NCBI GenBank assembly: GCA_963789395.1
Contig: CAWBKP010000005.1
Span: forward strand, 64,001 to 128,000
DNA length: 64,000 nt
Source: an uncultured delta proteobacterium
GTDB lineage: Bacteria; Desulfobacterota; Desulfobacteria; Desulfobacterales; Desulfatirhabdiaceae
Reading direction: 5' to 3'
In this document: positions 1 through 9,152 of the stretch, one piece after another
Position numbering within the stretch: position 1 is the stretch's first letter
How the letters are laid out: each line of letters starts with the position of its first letter
Notes under the pieces: model-generated
What the model saw: only the letters and a program-made list of their open reading frames with translations
Told to the model about the DNA's origin: nothing
Databases searched by the model: none
Program-made: the position numbers and the translations under genes

Positions 1-1
1 A

Positions 2-820
2 CGTTTCGGTCTTGACGACGAGGTTAAATTCTGGGTCAAACGCGCCATTGATTTAAGTTCCGGAGAGACAAAAATCATCAAACTGGTGTTCTACGAAAAT
101 TTTATTGCCCGTATCGGCGATATTGAGTTTGAGTGTTTCCGCAGTCCCAAAAAAGAGGCTCGGATTCTCAATTTAATCAATAATCACGCAAATTTCATGC
201 ATGGTTTTTCGGTTCGGGATGATCCGGGCAATGTCGTTCGCGTCCTCGATTTTATCTACGGCAGCACCATTGCCGATCATATCCGGGATCTGGCGTCCCG
301 CATGGATCATCAAACGTATTTCCATCAGCATTTCCCCGAGATTCTGGACAATTATATCGAGTGCGTAGAAGCCATCCGTTTTCTGCACGAGCGCGGGGAA
401 AAGCACGGGGATATCCGCAGGGACCACATACTGATGGACAGGGATACCGGCCGGTGCCGCTGGATTGACTTCGACTACAATTTCCGGCACCGGGAAAATA
501 TATATGGCTATGATTTATTTGGTCTGGGAAATGTTTTTATGTATCTTGTCGGGATGGGCGATGTTCTGGTTCCGGACGTAAAAACAGCCGACCCTCAGGT
601 TTTTGGCACATTAAGCGATGCAGATACCAACATTGTGTTCAACAACCGAATTGCAAACCTGAAAAAAATTTTCCCCTACATTCCGGAAAACCTGAACCGG
701 ATTCTGATGCATTTTTCCAAGAGCGCAACTGTGTTTTACGACCACAACTTGCAACTTCTTGATGATTTGAATGAATTCAAGTCGAGTTTTTCGAACCGGA
801 AGAGCGGAAATGGCCCCTGA
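2..820 (+). CDS. Ser/Thr protein kinase-like protein (5' end outside the window)
   Basis: The frame is open from position 2 (RFGLDDEVKFWVKRAIDLSSGETKIIKLVF). Kinase-like motifs: KIIK, catalytic loop HGDIRRDHIL, WIDFD, DLFGLG. Confidence 0.8.
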   Translation, partial: RFGLDDEVKFWVKRAIDLSSGETKIIKLVFYENFIARIGDIEFECFRSPKKEARILNLINNHANFMHGFSVRDDPGNVVRVLDFIYGSTIADHIRDLASRMDHQTYFHQHFPEILDNYIECVEAIRFLHERGEKHGDIRRDHILMDRDTGRCRWIDFDYNFRHRENIYGYDLFGLGNVFMYLVGMGDVLVPDVKTADPQVFGTLSDADTNIVFNNRIANLKKIFPYIPENLNRILMHFSKSATVFYDHNLQLLDDLNEFKSSFSNRKSGNGP

Positions 821-938
821 AGTGAATCAACACCTGTTGATCGCTGTGGATGTATCTGAAAATTCCCGCCGTTCGCTTCAGTATGTGGCAGGAATGCTGG
901 GAGGGAAAGGGCTGGCTGTATTATGTCAGTTGTTCTGA
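810..938 (+). pseudogene. Truncated universal stress protein (UspA-family N-terminus only)
   Basis: Manual translation MAPEVNQHLLIAVDVSENSRRSLQYVAGMLGG matches the USP beta1-alpha1 signature (LIAVDxSxxSxxA). It overlaps the kinase stop and runs into the convergent PilZ gene after about 35 aa. Confidence 0.75.
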
Positions 939-1391
939 TTCAAACTGAAAACCGCATTGTCTAACAGAAATTTGATCCGTGGAATACGCAATCAATTCAT
1001 TATCGTATATTACCGAATTTAACCTGACTTCAAGCATCTGGAATGCGCCTATAATTCTTAACCGGCAGGTTTTTTGCATTTCTAATTCGAACGCGGTGCT
1101 TCTATCCGTCACGTAATAAATCCCGCACCCCTTTTTGTTGATATCAATCAAATGTCCAAGCAATACCGGGTGTCTCAATTCTTTCCCTGACAGCAACGCG
1201 TAAATACCGTTGCCGATCGGAAAACGATCCATCTTTCTTCTGTTCAAAGCGGGATATGGCTTCCGGACAGTATCCAGAATCGCACTGTTTTTCCTCATTA
1301 TTGCCAGCATATCACGCATAATGGGCTGCCTCCAAACTGCGTATGAATAATCAACCGGCAAAGTGATGCCGCCATGAACACTGGATTTCAA
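921..1391 (-). CDS. PilZ-domain protein (start uncertain)
   Basis: RxxxR motif (RKMDR), DxxxxG motif (DINKKG) and a C-terminal CGFQF strand. Confidence 0.7.
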   Translation of the reverse strand: MKSSVHGGITLPVDYSYAVWRQPIMRDMLAIMRKNSAILDTVRKPYPALNRRKMDRFPIGNGIYALLSGKELRHPVLLGHLIDINKKGCGIYYVTDRSTAFELEMQKTCRLRIIGAFQMLEVRLNSVIYDNELIAYSTDQISVRQCGFQFESEQLT

Positions 1392-1395
1392 TCAA

Positions 1396-1830
1396 TCAAT
1401 AAACCTGCGGGTAGTATTTGACCCCTACGCCATATGTGTTGGATGATTCGGCAGGAAGCTTCCGGCACCATTTCACCTCTCCGAGTCTTACACTCGGCAA
1501 GGTCTCAAGATCCCTGCTGCTGGAAGCATCCACCCTGCAATACGCCACACGGAAGATGATCGCCGTTCCCTGAAAGAATGCCGTGTCGGATAAAAAACAG
1601 ATCCCATTTATGCAATGATCCACCAGTTGGGCTTGAATGGATTGTTTGGAATGAAAAAATGATACATGGACCGGAATCGGTATTTTACAGGCAATCCGTT
1701 TCTCACTCCGTTTATCGTCAGAGTCAGTCATTTTTCCTTTCCTCGTCTCAACCAGATAGGATGGAGGTAATTGACGCCCGAATTGTCCGATACCCCCCGA
1801 TTCGGGAAGAAACTCATACTGAGATGTCAT
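1396..1830 (-). CDS. PilZ-domain protein
   Basis: Motifs RSEKR, DHCING, GEVKWCR and YGVGVKY. Candidate starts with RBS are 1830 (GGAGG) and 1731. Confidence 0.8.
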   Translation of the reverse strand: MTSQYEFLPESGGIGQFGRQLPPSYLVETRKGKMTDSDDKRSEKRIACKIPIPVHVSFFHSKQSIQAQLVDHCINGICFLSDTAFFQGTAIIFRVAYCRVDASSSRDLETLPSVRLGEVKWCRKLPAESSNTYGVGVKYYPQVY

Positions 1831-1834
1831 TTTT

Positions 1835-2029
1835 TCACCCTCCATTTCCTGTTTGCAATTGTTTTTGGGGCGATTTGAGACAATAACAACGCCATTGACA
1901 GTCCTGACGATCGCAGTCTCCGCCTGCAGATCCAAAACAAACCGGATTCCCTTCTATACGCTGAATGCTCTGAATGATCCGCATCAAATCCGGAATATTA
2001 TCACCTGATCCCCGATGCATTCCGTCCAT
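1835..2029 (-). CDS. Small Cys-rich protein (IQRxEGNxxCF..C....C.WR..C family, often labelled SAP/Rho-N-like in Desulfobacterota)
   Basis: Sequence LMRIIQSIQRIEGNPVCFGSAGGDCDRQDCQWRCYCL. Confidence 0.7.
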   Translation of the reverse strand: MDGMHRGSGDNIPDLMRIIQSIQRIEGNPVCFGSAGGDCDRQDCQWRCYCLKSPQKQLQTGNGG

Positions 2030-2136
2030 CGATATTGCTCTCCAAGATTTTCTGGGTAAGCTCAACGATATTAAACGCTTAACGCATTTTGATTGTTGAC
2101 TTCTACAGATATGACTATTGCCGTTTTATATTGTTT

Positions 2137-2199
2137 TGTCCATAGAGGGGGGACTTCATTCTGTCTGAGGAAATCTACCAGCCGGGAGTTTCTCCTATT
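2137..2199 (-). promoter_or_regulatory. 63-bp duplicated regulatory module, copy A
   Basis: 57/63 ungapped identity to 4819-4881 by manual alignment. On the minus strand it ends in TGGACA (-35-like), followed 17 nt later by AATAGT. Confidence 0.75.
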
Positions 2200-2235
2200 G
2201 GTTTATGGGAGAATCGATGTGGAGATAAATGGAAA

Positions 2236-2913
2236 TTATGCTTTCCAGAGGTCTATGTCAATCAGACCGATCTTGGCTGCATACCGCGCAAGGTCGATCA
2301 CACTGTGAATTTCGAGTTTTCGCATGATGCTGGAGCGATGATTTTCTGCTGTTTTGGGGCTGATGAAAAGTTTATCGGCAATCTGTTTTGAGGTCAATCC
2401 TTCAGCCAGCATCACCAGCACTTCCTGCTCCCGAAGGGTCAGGGTGTCATACCCTGAAGGATTTACAGCCGATCTCTTTGATGGCAAAGCGGCAAGCTTT
2501 TTTACCACCTGATGGGAAACCGAAGGGTCCATAAAATAGTCGCCTTTCAAAACATAGTCGATTCCCTGCATCAGCATCTCCGAGGCGGATTCCTTTACCA
2601 GATAACCGGTTGCGCCGGCCTGAAACGCCTTGACAATATAGTCGACCTTGGAATGCATACTGACAACCATCATGCTGATTTTAGGCGAAAAACGATATAT
2701 GTCCTTTATCAGTTCAATCCCGCTTTGATCTGGGAGGGACAAATCAATCAAGACCAGGTCCGGCTGGAGTTCCCGTAACAGTTGAAGTCCCTGAGCAGCA
2801 GTGCCGGCCTCTCCAACCACTTCATATCTGATGTTTTTCGCGATGATGGTTTTTATCCCTTCCCGGAAAAGCGGATGGTCATCAATAAGCAGGATACGTA
2901 TTTTCGGCGCCAT
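2236..2913 (-). CDS. NarL/LuxR-family response regulator (REC + HTH)
   Basis: LIDDHPLFREG, phospho-acceptor LIDLSLP, GYLVK, and LTLREQEVL...IADKLFISPKTAENHR. Confidence 0.95.
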   Translation of the reverse strand: MAPKIRILLIDDHPLFREGIKTIIAKNIRYEVVGEAGTAAQGLQLLRELQPDLVLIDLSLPDQSGIELIKDIYRFSPKISMMVVSMHSKVDYIVKAFQAGATGYLVKESASEMLMQGIDYVLKGDYFMDPSVSHQVVKKLAALPSKRSAVNPSGYDTLTLREQEVLVMLAEGLTSKQIADKLFISPKTAENHRSSIMRKLEIHSVIDLARYAAKIGLIDIDLWKA

Positions 2914-3093
2914 GGTTTCCCCTGAAAATATACCTGAAGATATCGGAAATGAAACGATATTATCTTCGTATTCATTCCATATGGTTCTGTCAACACGAAA
3001 ATATGAAATCATTTTTTCTCCAGAACCGACCGCTGGACCCTACCAAACAAACCATCCGGGCAACCACTTTGGAAAAGATAGGATGTTTCACGC

Positions 3094-3126
3094 AAAAAAG
3101 GCATTCATTTTTCACATGAATGCCTT
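3094..3126 (-). terminator. Rho-independent terminator, near-identical to the csp terminator at 51222
   Basis: Minus strand reads AAGGCATTCAT-gtgaaaa-ATGAATGCCTT-TTTT. Confidence 0.85.
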
Positions 3127-3238
3127 AAATCCGAGCTGGGAATCCATCAGAAAAAAATGGATAGTTTGAGCCCCAAAAAAACCGATTTCAACTTCGGCAC
3201 TTCATTTAAAAACCATGAAGACAGATGGGGAAGATTAA

Positions 3239-3312
3239 TTACAACCGGGTAACATTGGCTGCTGCCGGGCCTTTGGCGCCTTGCTCCAAATCAAATGACA
3301 CACGTTCGCCAT
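3239..3312 (-). pseudogene. Cold-shock protein gene with internal deletion
   Basis: RBS GGAG plus ATG GCG AAC (MAN) is joined out of frame to [23 protein letters not shown], which matches the C-terminus of the intact Csp at 50997-51197. Confidence 0.85.
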
Positions 3313-3491
3313 GGTGTTTTTCTCCATTCAATCTGTTACGGTTCTTCACAAATACGTTAAAATGAGCAAATTGGTTCCGACTGGCATTTATTGCCGTAAT
3401 CGTCTCTCAATTCGATGTGCAATCATCGGGTCAGCCCATTTGATACCTGTAGACAAATACTGCCAGCGCTCAGGTTTACCGTCTATATGTG

Positions 3492-3938
3492 TTATTCGAT
3501 CTTGATCTGGATTTGTTTCGGTTTTTCTTCTTCAGGCTTGGGAATTTCAATTTCAAGGACCCCGTCTTTGAATGTGGCCTTGATGTTGTCCGGATTTATG
3601 GCTGAAGGCAGTGTAAACGCCCGGTAAAATGATCCGAAACTCCTTTCCTTCCTGAAATATTTGTCTTCATTCACTTCCTTGATTTCAACACGTTCCCCTT
3701 TCAGGGTCAGGACATTGTCCTTGACTTCAATGTTGACATCATCTTTTGTAACTCCGGGAAGTTCGGCATGGATGATAATTGAATCTGCCTTGTCATAGAT
3801 ATCCACGACAGGCTTCCATGCGCTCAAGGCAAAATCTTCATCCGCTACCGAACGGGGGAACGCATCGTGAAAGAGTCGATTGATGCTGTCCTGCAAACTG
3901 GCTACAGCGCCATACGGTTGCCATCTGACAAGTGCCAT
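3492..3938 (-). CDS. Hsp20/alpha-crystallin small heat-shock protein
   Basis: PVVDIYD, AELPGV, LTLKGER, ERSFGSFYRAFTLP, ATFKDGVLEIEIPK; RBS GGAGGT. Confidence 0.95.
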   Translation of the reverse strand: MALVRWQPYGAVASLQDSINRLFHDAFPRSVADEDFALSAWKPVVDIYDKADSIIIHAELPGVTKDDVNIEVKDNVLTLKGERVEIKEVNEDKYFRKERSFGSFYRAFTLPSAINPDNIKATFKDGVLEIEIPKPEEEKPKQIQIKIE

Positions 3939-4077
3939 AATTCACCTCCTAAAATTGTTGTGTTTATGTTGCCAATGCATAGGCACTGGCCGATTCAACC
4001 TGTAATTTCATGAATACAGCATCTTTTTTCGGATCACACGATATTCCAAAAAACGGAAAACACCCGACAACTCATTT

Positions 4078-4365
4078 TCAAAAAATGACTTTGACGATGT
4101 TGTTCAGAGTGCCGAAACAGTTCGGACACGTCCTTAAATTTTCAGGATCTTGCATCCATTCGCCATCCACCCAGAACTTGTATTCTATGTTTCCGGCCGG
4201 CAGTTTCTTTGTTTTTTTCCATTTTCCGTTTCCATCTCTTTTCATCGGATCGGCATCAGGATTCCAGTTGTTAAATTCTCCAACCAGAGAAACTTTCCCG
4301 ACATCCCCTGCTTGTAATGAAAACTGAATTGCTTTGGTATTCTGTTTCGAGTTGATTTTTCGCAT
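4078..4365 (-). CDS. Glycogen-binding CBM48 / AMPK-beta-like (isoamylase early-set) protein
   Basis: VSLVGEFNNWNP, YKFWVDGEW, NCFGTLNN. RBS AGGAGG precedes the ATG at 4365. Confidence 0.9.
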   Translation of the reverse strand: MRKINSKQNTKAIQFSLQAGDVGKVSLVGEFNNWNPDADPMKRDGNGKWKKTKKLPAGNIEYKFWVDGEWMQDPENLRTCPNCFGTLNNIVKVIF

Positions 4366-4545
4366 AACGATCCTCCTATGCTGACATACATTATTATGAT
4401 TTAATCTCAAATCCTTGTCCAGATACGAAATGAGAGAAAAATCATGATTGACCGGCGCTGCTTCATCCCCATGTACATGGTGGACACGGAACCATTTTCG
4501 TAAAAACCCGGGCAGATGAAGAGTTCCTCCCCACGGGGTTGCAAA

Positions 4546-4667
4546 CATGGTCCGAATCGGGATTCCAGCAAATGAATTCTCCACCAAGAGAAACCTGTCA
4601 TTGCCTTGCCTGCTTCCAAAACATACATGATTTCTTTGGCTTTCTGGTCTGCACTGTCTTTTCGCAT
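4546..4667 (-). pseudogene. Degenerate tandem duplicate of the CBM48 gene (5' part)
   Basis: MRKDSADQKAKEIMYVLEAGKAM/(+1)/QVSLGGEFICWNPDSD aligns with MRKINSKQNTKAIQFSLQAGDVGKVSLVGEFNNWNPDAD. The RBS/start region is 19/20 identical, and similarity is lost after WNPD. Confidence 0.75.
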
Positions 4668-4818
4668 AATGATCCTCCAATACGGATATGAGCGGCATTG
4701 GTTTGCAAATTCGCTCTGGAGACAACATTGATCAGAATAAGAAAGATAATAAAGTCCAATAACTGGCGAACTCATGGCGGATTGATCATCTTATATATTA
4801 TGTCATTAGGGATTCAGA

Positions 4819-4881
4819 TGTCCATAGAGGGAGGACTTCATTTTGTCTGAGGGAATCTACCAGTCGGGAGTTTCCCCCATT
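4819..4881 (-). promoter_or_regulatory. 63-bp duplicated regulatory module, copy B
   Basis: Repeat of 2137-2199. The minus strand continues TGGACA-N16-CATAAT with an extended-10 TG. Confidence 0.75.
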
Positions 4882-4910
4882 TATCTTACAGAAGGGTCGG
4901 GATGCGGGAT

Positions 4911-7668
4911 TTAATGTTTTCCAGGATCTGGACGATATGATTCTTCTTCAAAGGGGAGTTTGATAAATATCTTGGTGCCTTTCATCGGTTGAGACTGAAT
5001 TGTCATCTGGCCCTGAAGCAGGTTGACCCTTTCCTGCATGCTGCGAATGCCCATCCGTTTTGTGGCGGCGGATAAAAGTTCCTGCGCCTTCACATCAAAC
5101 CCCCTGCCATTGTCCTCGATGCGAAGGATGATGTTCGGGGATGATCCCAGCAGCAGGATGGTCGCCTGGTCGGCGTCCGCATGTTTGCGGATATTGCTCA
5201 GGCATTCTTGAATCAACCGGTAAATATGGATTTCCATATTTCTATCCAGATCTAATCGCAGAAATGCCGGCCGATTGAAAATCAACTGTTTATTTTCCGC
5301 TTTTCGGAAGCCTCCTCGCAATAGATCTCAAGCGCCTTCACCAGTCCCATTTCATCCAGGCCGGGAAGGCGCAGGTCATAGGCCAGATTCCTGACTGCCG
5401 CAATGGTCTGAGTCAACAGGCTGGAAAATGCTGCCAGTTTCTCCCGTAGCGCAGGGGATATCGATGGATAGATCATTATAAATCGTATCGCAGTTGATTT
5501 TCAGCACGGAAAGGTTCTGTGCGATACTGTCATGCAGTTCGCAGGAGATCAGATGCCGTTCATTTTCCTGCGCCTGAATCAGCAGATGAGAAAGTTCGTG
5601 GATCATTTCTTCGGCCTCGCTTGTGTTCGGTAATATCGAGGACAAACCGACCAGACTGCATACCGATCCATCGTATCGATAAACGAGCCTTGTGGAAGAT
5701 CACGTTGGCATGACACCGGCGCGCGTCCTGAACCTGCGAATCGTATACCTGGACACCTGGATTTTCCGAAGAGCTCGATATCCTGCCATGATAGATTTTG
5801 GCAATTCGGCAGGGCTGATATTAAACACAGCCTTTCCGATCAGGTGTTCCTTGCTTTTCCCGAAAAAGGTTTCAAAAGCCTTGTTGAAGCCAAGATATTG
5901 CCCCTGCCTGTCTTTATAAAAAACCGGAATCGGGATGGTTTCCAGCAGCATGCTCAGGGTAGCCTCGCTTTCTTTGCAAAGCATGCTCTGCTTTCCGCTG
6001 TGGCGTCATATCCCTTGCAATATGGATAAAGCCTGATATTATTCTCTTGTTCATCCATAAGAGGCGCGCTGAAGACATCCCAATAACGTTCATTCGGGTT
6101 TATCTCCCATATTCATGACGGTGCTTTCAATTTGACGGGTTTGTCCGGCTTTCAGCAGACGGGCAATCGTCACAAATCGGCATTTCGATGATAAAATATG
6201 CGATAGCAGCACTGGCCAATAATATGCCTCCATCAAAACATCAAACTCCTGGAGAACTGCCTTATTGACCCATATCAATTTCATCTCATTATCAATATAA
6301 TAAATCAGATCCGTAGTGGCGTCAAGAATCGTCCGTTTCTGAGCCTCGCTCTTAAAAAGCGCTTCCGCAGCCAGTTGCCGTTCGGTAACATCAAAGAGAA
6401 AGTTCAGCGTGGCGGGAAGACCCTTCCAGGTGATCACAACCCCTTTGTTTTCGATCCATTTCATTTCTCCGCCCTTGGTGACGATCCTCAGCAAATAGGT
6501 TTCGGGGACTTCTTCGCCGTTAAGCCTTCGCAGATGGTATGCCATGACCATTGACCGATCATCCGGATGCACGATTTCAATAAATGATCTGGAGGTCAAT
6601 TCCTGCTCTGAATAACCGGAAATGGATACGGCCCGAGGGTTAACCAGTTTAAGAACCCTGTCCTGGGTCACCACGATGCCTATCGGCGCGGTATTTACCA
6701 GCAGGCGGTATTTTTTTTCGCTCTCAACCAGCGCCTCCAGGGCCTCATGCTCCAGCGTGATGTCCCGCACAAAAACAGCGATTTTATCCACGTCGCCTTT
6801 TGAATTCAGAATCGGCTGAAGGTTATGCTGATATCGCCTTCCCATGCGGATATCCTGAAAATCAAGGGGATGACGCATGGAAAGGACTTCATCCAACCGA
6901 TCCATTCTCTATTTTGAGATACTTCAGGCGGCAAAAAGTCATAGATGTTCATGCCCGACCATGGCTTCTGCGTTCTGTCCCAGTCTTCGGGCGCCGGTTT
7001 TATTGATCATCAGCACCGTCCCCTTCCTGTCGAGCAGCATGGCCGACTCGGAGTTGGCGTCATTAAGGGCCTGAATCGTTTTGTTGCTCTCCAGAAGGGT
7101 GTTTTCCAGCCGCTTTCGCTCCGTAATGTCGGTCATCGTCGATCGAAGCTCGCCGACATCGCCGTGATCCGTCAGGATGGGGATGGTATCCATCTGGACA
7201 AAAAATTGCCCGCCATCTTTTCTGACAAATTCAAGCTCGCACGTATTTTTCTCCCGGGTCTTTAAAACGGTTTGGCAATGGATATAAAAAATATCCTGAA
7301 AATCCGGAAACACAAACTGGCCAAAGTTTTTCGAGATCAATTGACTTCTTGGAAAACCCAACAAATCCGCAGCAGTCAGATTGATCTCAAGGATGATCCC
7401 ACTTCGGGTTCATCGTAACATATCCGACCGGAGCCAAATCATAGAGTTCAAAATATCTGCATTGCGATATTTCGAGCCTGGCCTGGGTACTGCGAAGCTC
7501 ATCGTTCTGCATCTCAAGTTCGATCTGATGAATCTTGAGATTTTCGATCAATTCATGAAGATCTCCGATCGCAATTTCATCAAAGGACTGCGGGTTTTCT
7601 TTCAGGATGATCCTGGCCCGGTCTTGCAGTTTTTTAAATGCGGCTGTTTTTTCTTTATCCTTTTTCAT
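4911..7668 (-). CDS. Multi-PAS/PAC cytoplasmic sensor histidine kinase (HisKA_3 + HATPase_c), split by several indels
   Basis: Collinear fragments: HQIELEMQNDELR coiled coil, about 5 PAS/PAC repeats, H-box ERHLISCELHD, N-box RLIQECLSNIRKHA, EDNGRGFD, MGIRSMQERV. Confidence 0.9.
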
Positions 7669-7728
7669 TGTGCCTCACATCATTATGGATCGGCATAAAA
7701 ACAAACGATGAATACAAAATTAAAGCTT

Positions 7729-8669
7729 TCAAGCACAGTGCCGATAGAGTTTTCCGGGAAAACGTTTGCCGAAAAAAACTTCCAGGTCTCTGGAACAGGC
7801 GGCGATTTTGGATAGATTCAAGCCGGTCTCGATATTGAGGGAAGACAAAAGATAAAGGGTGTCTTCCGTGGCGATGTTCCCGGCAGCACCTTGAATAAAG
7901 GGGCATCCGCCCATGCCGGCAAGGGCCGTATCAAAATGGGAAATTCCGCAGGACATGGCCGCCATGACATTCGCCAGCCCGAGCCCGCGGGTATCGTGAA
8001 GGTGCAGAATGACCGGCAGATTGCCGGCCACGGGTTTTACGGAGCAAAGAAGCTGGTGGACCGTCAGCGGCGTTGCCATGCCGGTGGTGTCGGCCAGACA
8101 GAGCATGTCTGCGCCGGCTGTCACCAGGTCTTTTGCCATGGCCGACAATCCGATCCTGGGAAATCGTTTCATCGTATCCGCTGCCAAAGGCGCACTGAAT
8201 GCCTGCCCGGACGTGCATTCCGCTGCCTTTTGGATAAGGCAACCATTTTCAGGCCCATTTTCAGGGCCGCATCCGTGCTCATGCCCGTATTGTTCAGGCT
8301 GTGCCGGTTGCTGGCGGATAAGGAAACCTCGATATGGGCCAGATTTGCGGAGATTGCCCGCTCCACTCCCGCCATGTTCAGCGCCAGCGCGCTGAAGGCA
8401 ACGCCAGGAATTCCGGGCAGCGCGGAAAGAAGCTTTTCCGCATCCGCCATCTGCGGCACCTTGCCGGGATGAACAAATGAAGCCACCTGTATGTGCTTGA
8501 ACCCGGCGTCAACCAGACGCATGATGATTTCAAGCTTCAGGGCGGTCGGAACGGTTTTTTCCTCGAACTGAAATCCGTCCCGAGGCCCTACCTCGATCAG
8601 CGTCACGTGTTTCGGAAACGCTTTGCAAAATACATCCCGAGAATCGGTCACTGCGGGCGACGTCCACAA
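7729..8669 (-). CDS. Hydroxymethylglutaryl-CoA lyase (frameshifted)
   Basis: EVGPRDGFQ, SFVHPGKVPQMAD, LADTTGMATP, HLHDTRG, GMGGCPF...GNIATED. Confidence 0.92.
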
Positions 8670-9053
8670 ACCGACTGCATGTTTCCATATTCATCATCTG
8701 CATTTTTCTCCTTTTTTTCGTCATATCACAGGCATTAGCGCCGCATAAAGACTAATTGCAATTTCCGGAGATAGTCAGACCGAGACCAAAGGAATCAACA
8801 GCTGAAAGCAATGATAAAAACCAATGCTTGAATTACCCATCCGTGACATTTGTCAACTTTCAGCGTTTTTTGCCTTTACAGGATCATTTTCCATTGACAG
8901 AGAAACGCTCTCTAACTTAAAACGAAACGACATGGAAACAACAGGTTCAATCCTGCAAACACCTGAAAATGCCAGCACATGCATTCTTTCCAACCTGTGG
9001 GACGGATCAGGGTCATTTTTGAATCGCCATCCAATGGCAAATCCCCTTTTCTC

Positions 9054-9082
9054 TTGCCATTATTACGCACATATGGTATCAA
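9054..9082 (+). promoter_or_regulatory. Putative sigma70 promoter of the aap operon
   Basis: TTGCCA-N17-TATCAA with a TG extension, upstream of the AAGGAGG RBS. Confidence 0.4.
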
Positions 9083-9152
9083 ATTGAACAATTAAGATAT
9101 TTCAATATCACTGAAGCAGATTCATATTCACAATATCCAAAGGAGGACAAGA

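Noticed and set aside
904..931. dif/XerD-like TATTATGTCA at the islet junction and at 4796-4805
   Set aside because: There is no matching XerC arm. The first instance is the PilZ stop codon region and the second is the putative -10 box.
2137..2199. 63-bp repeat as a CRISPR repeat, IS end or riboswitch
   Set aside because: Only two copies were seen, 2.7 kb apart, with no spacers, cas genes or transposase. The substitutions do not support one shared RNA fold.
3939..4077. CIRCE or ROSE heat-shock element upstream of hsp20
   Set aside because: There is no TTAGCACTC-N9-GAGTGCTAA and no convincing hairpin sequestering the Shine-Dalgarno sequence.
4366..4728. 216-aa version of the CBM48 ORF
   Set aside because: A strong RBS precedes the ATG at 4365, and the upstream extension crosses the decayed duplicate in a non-homologous frame.
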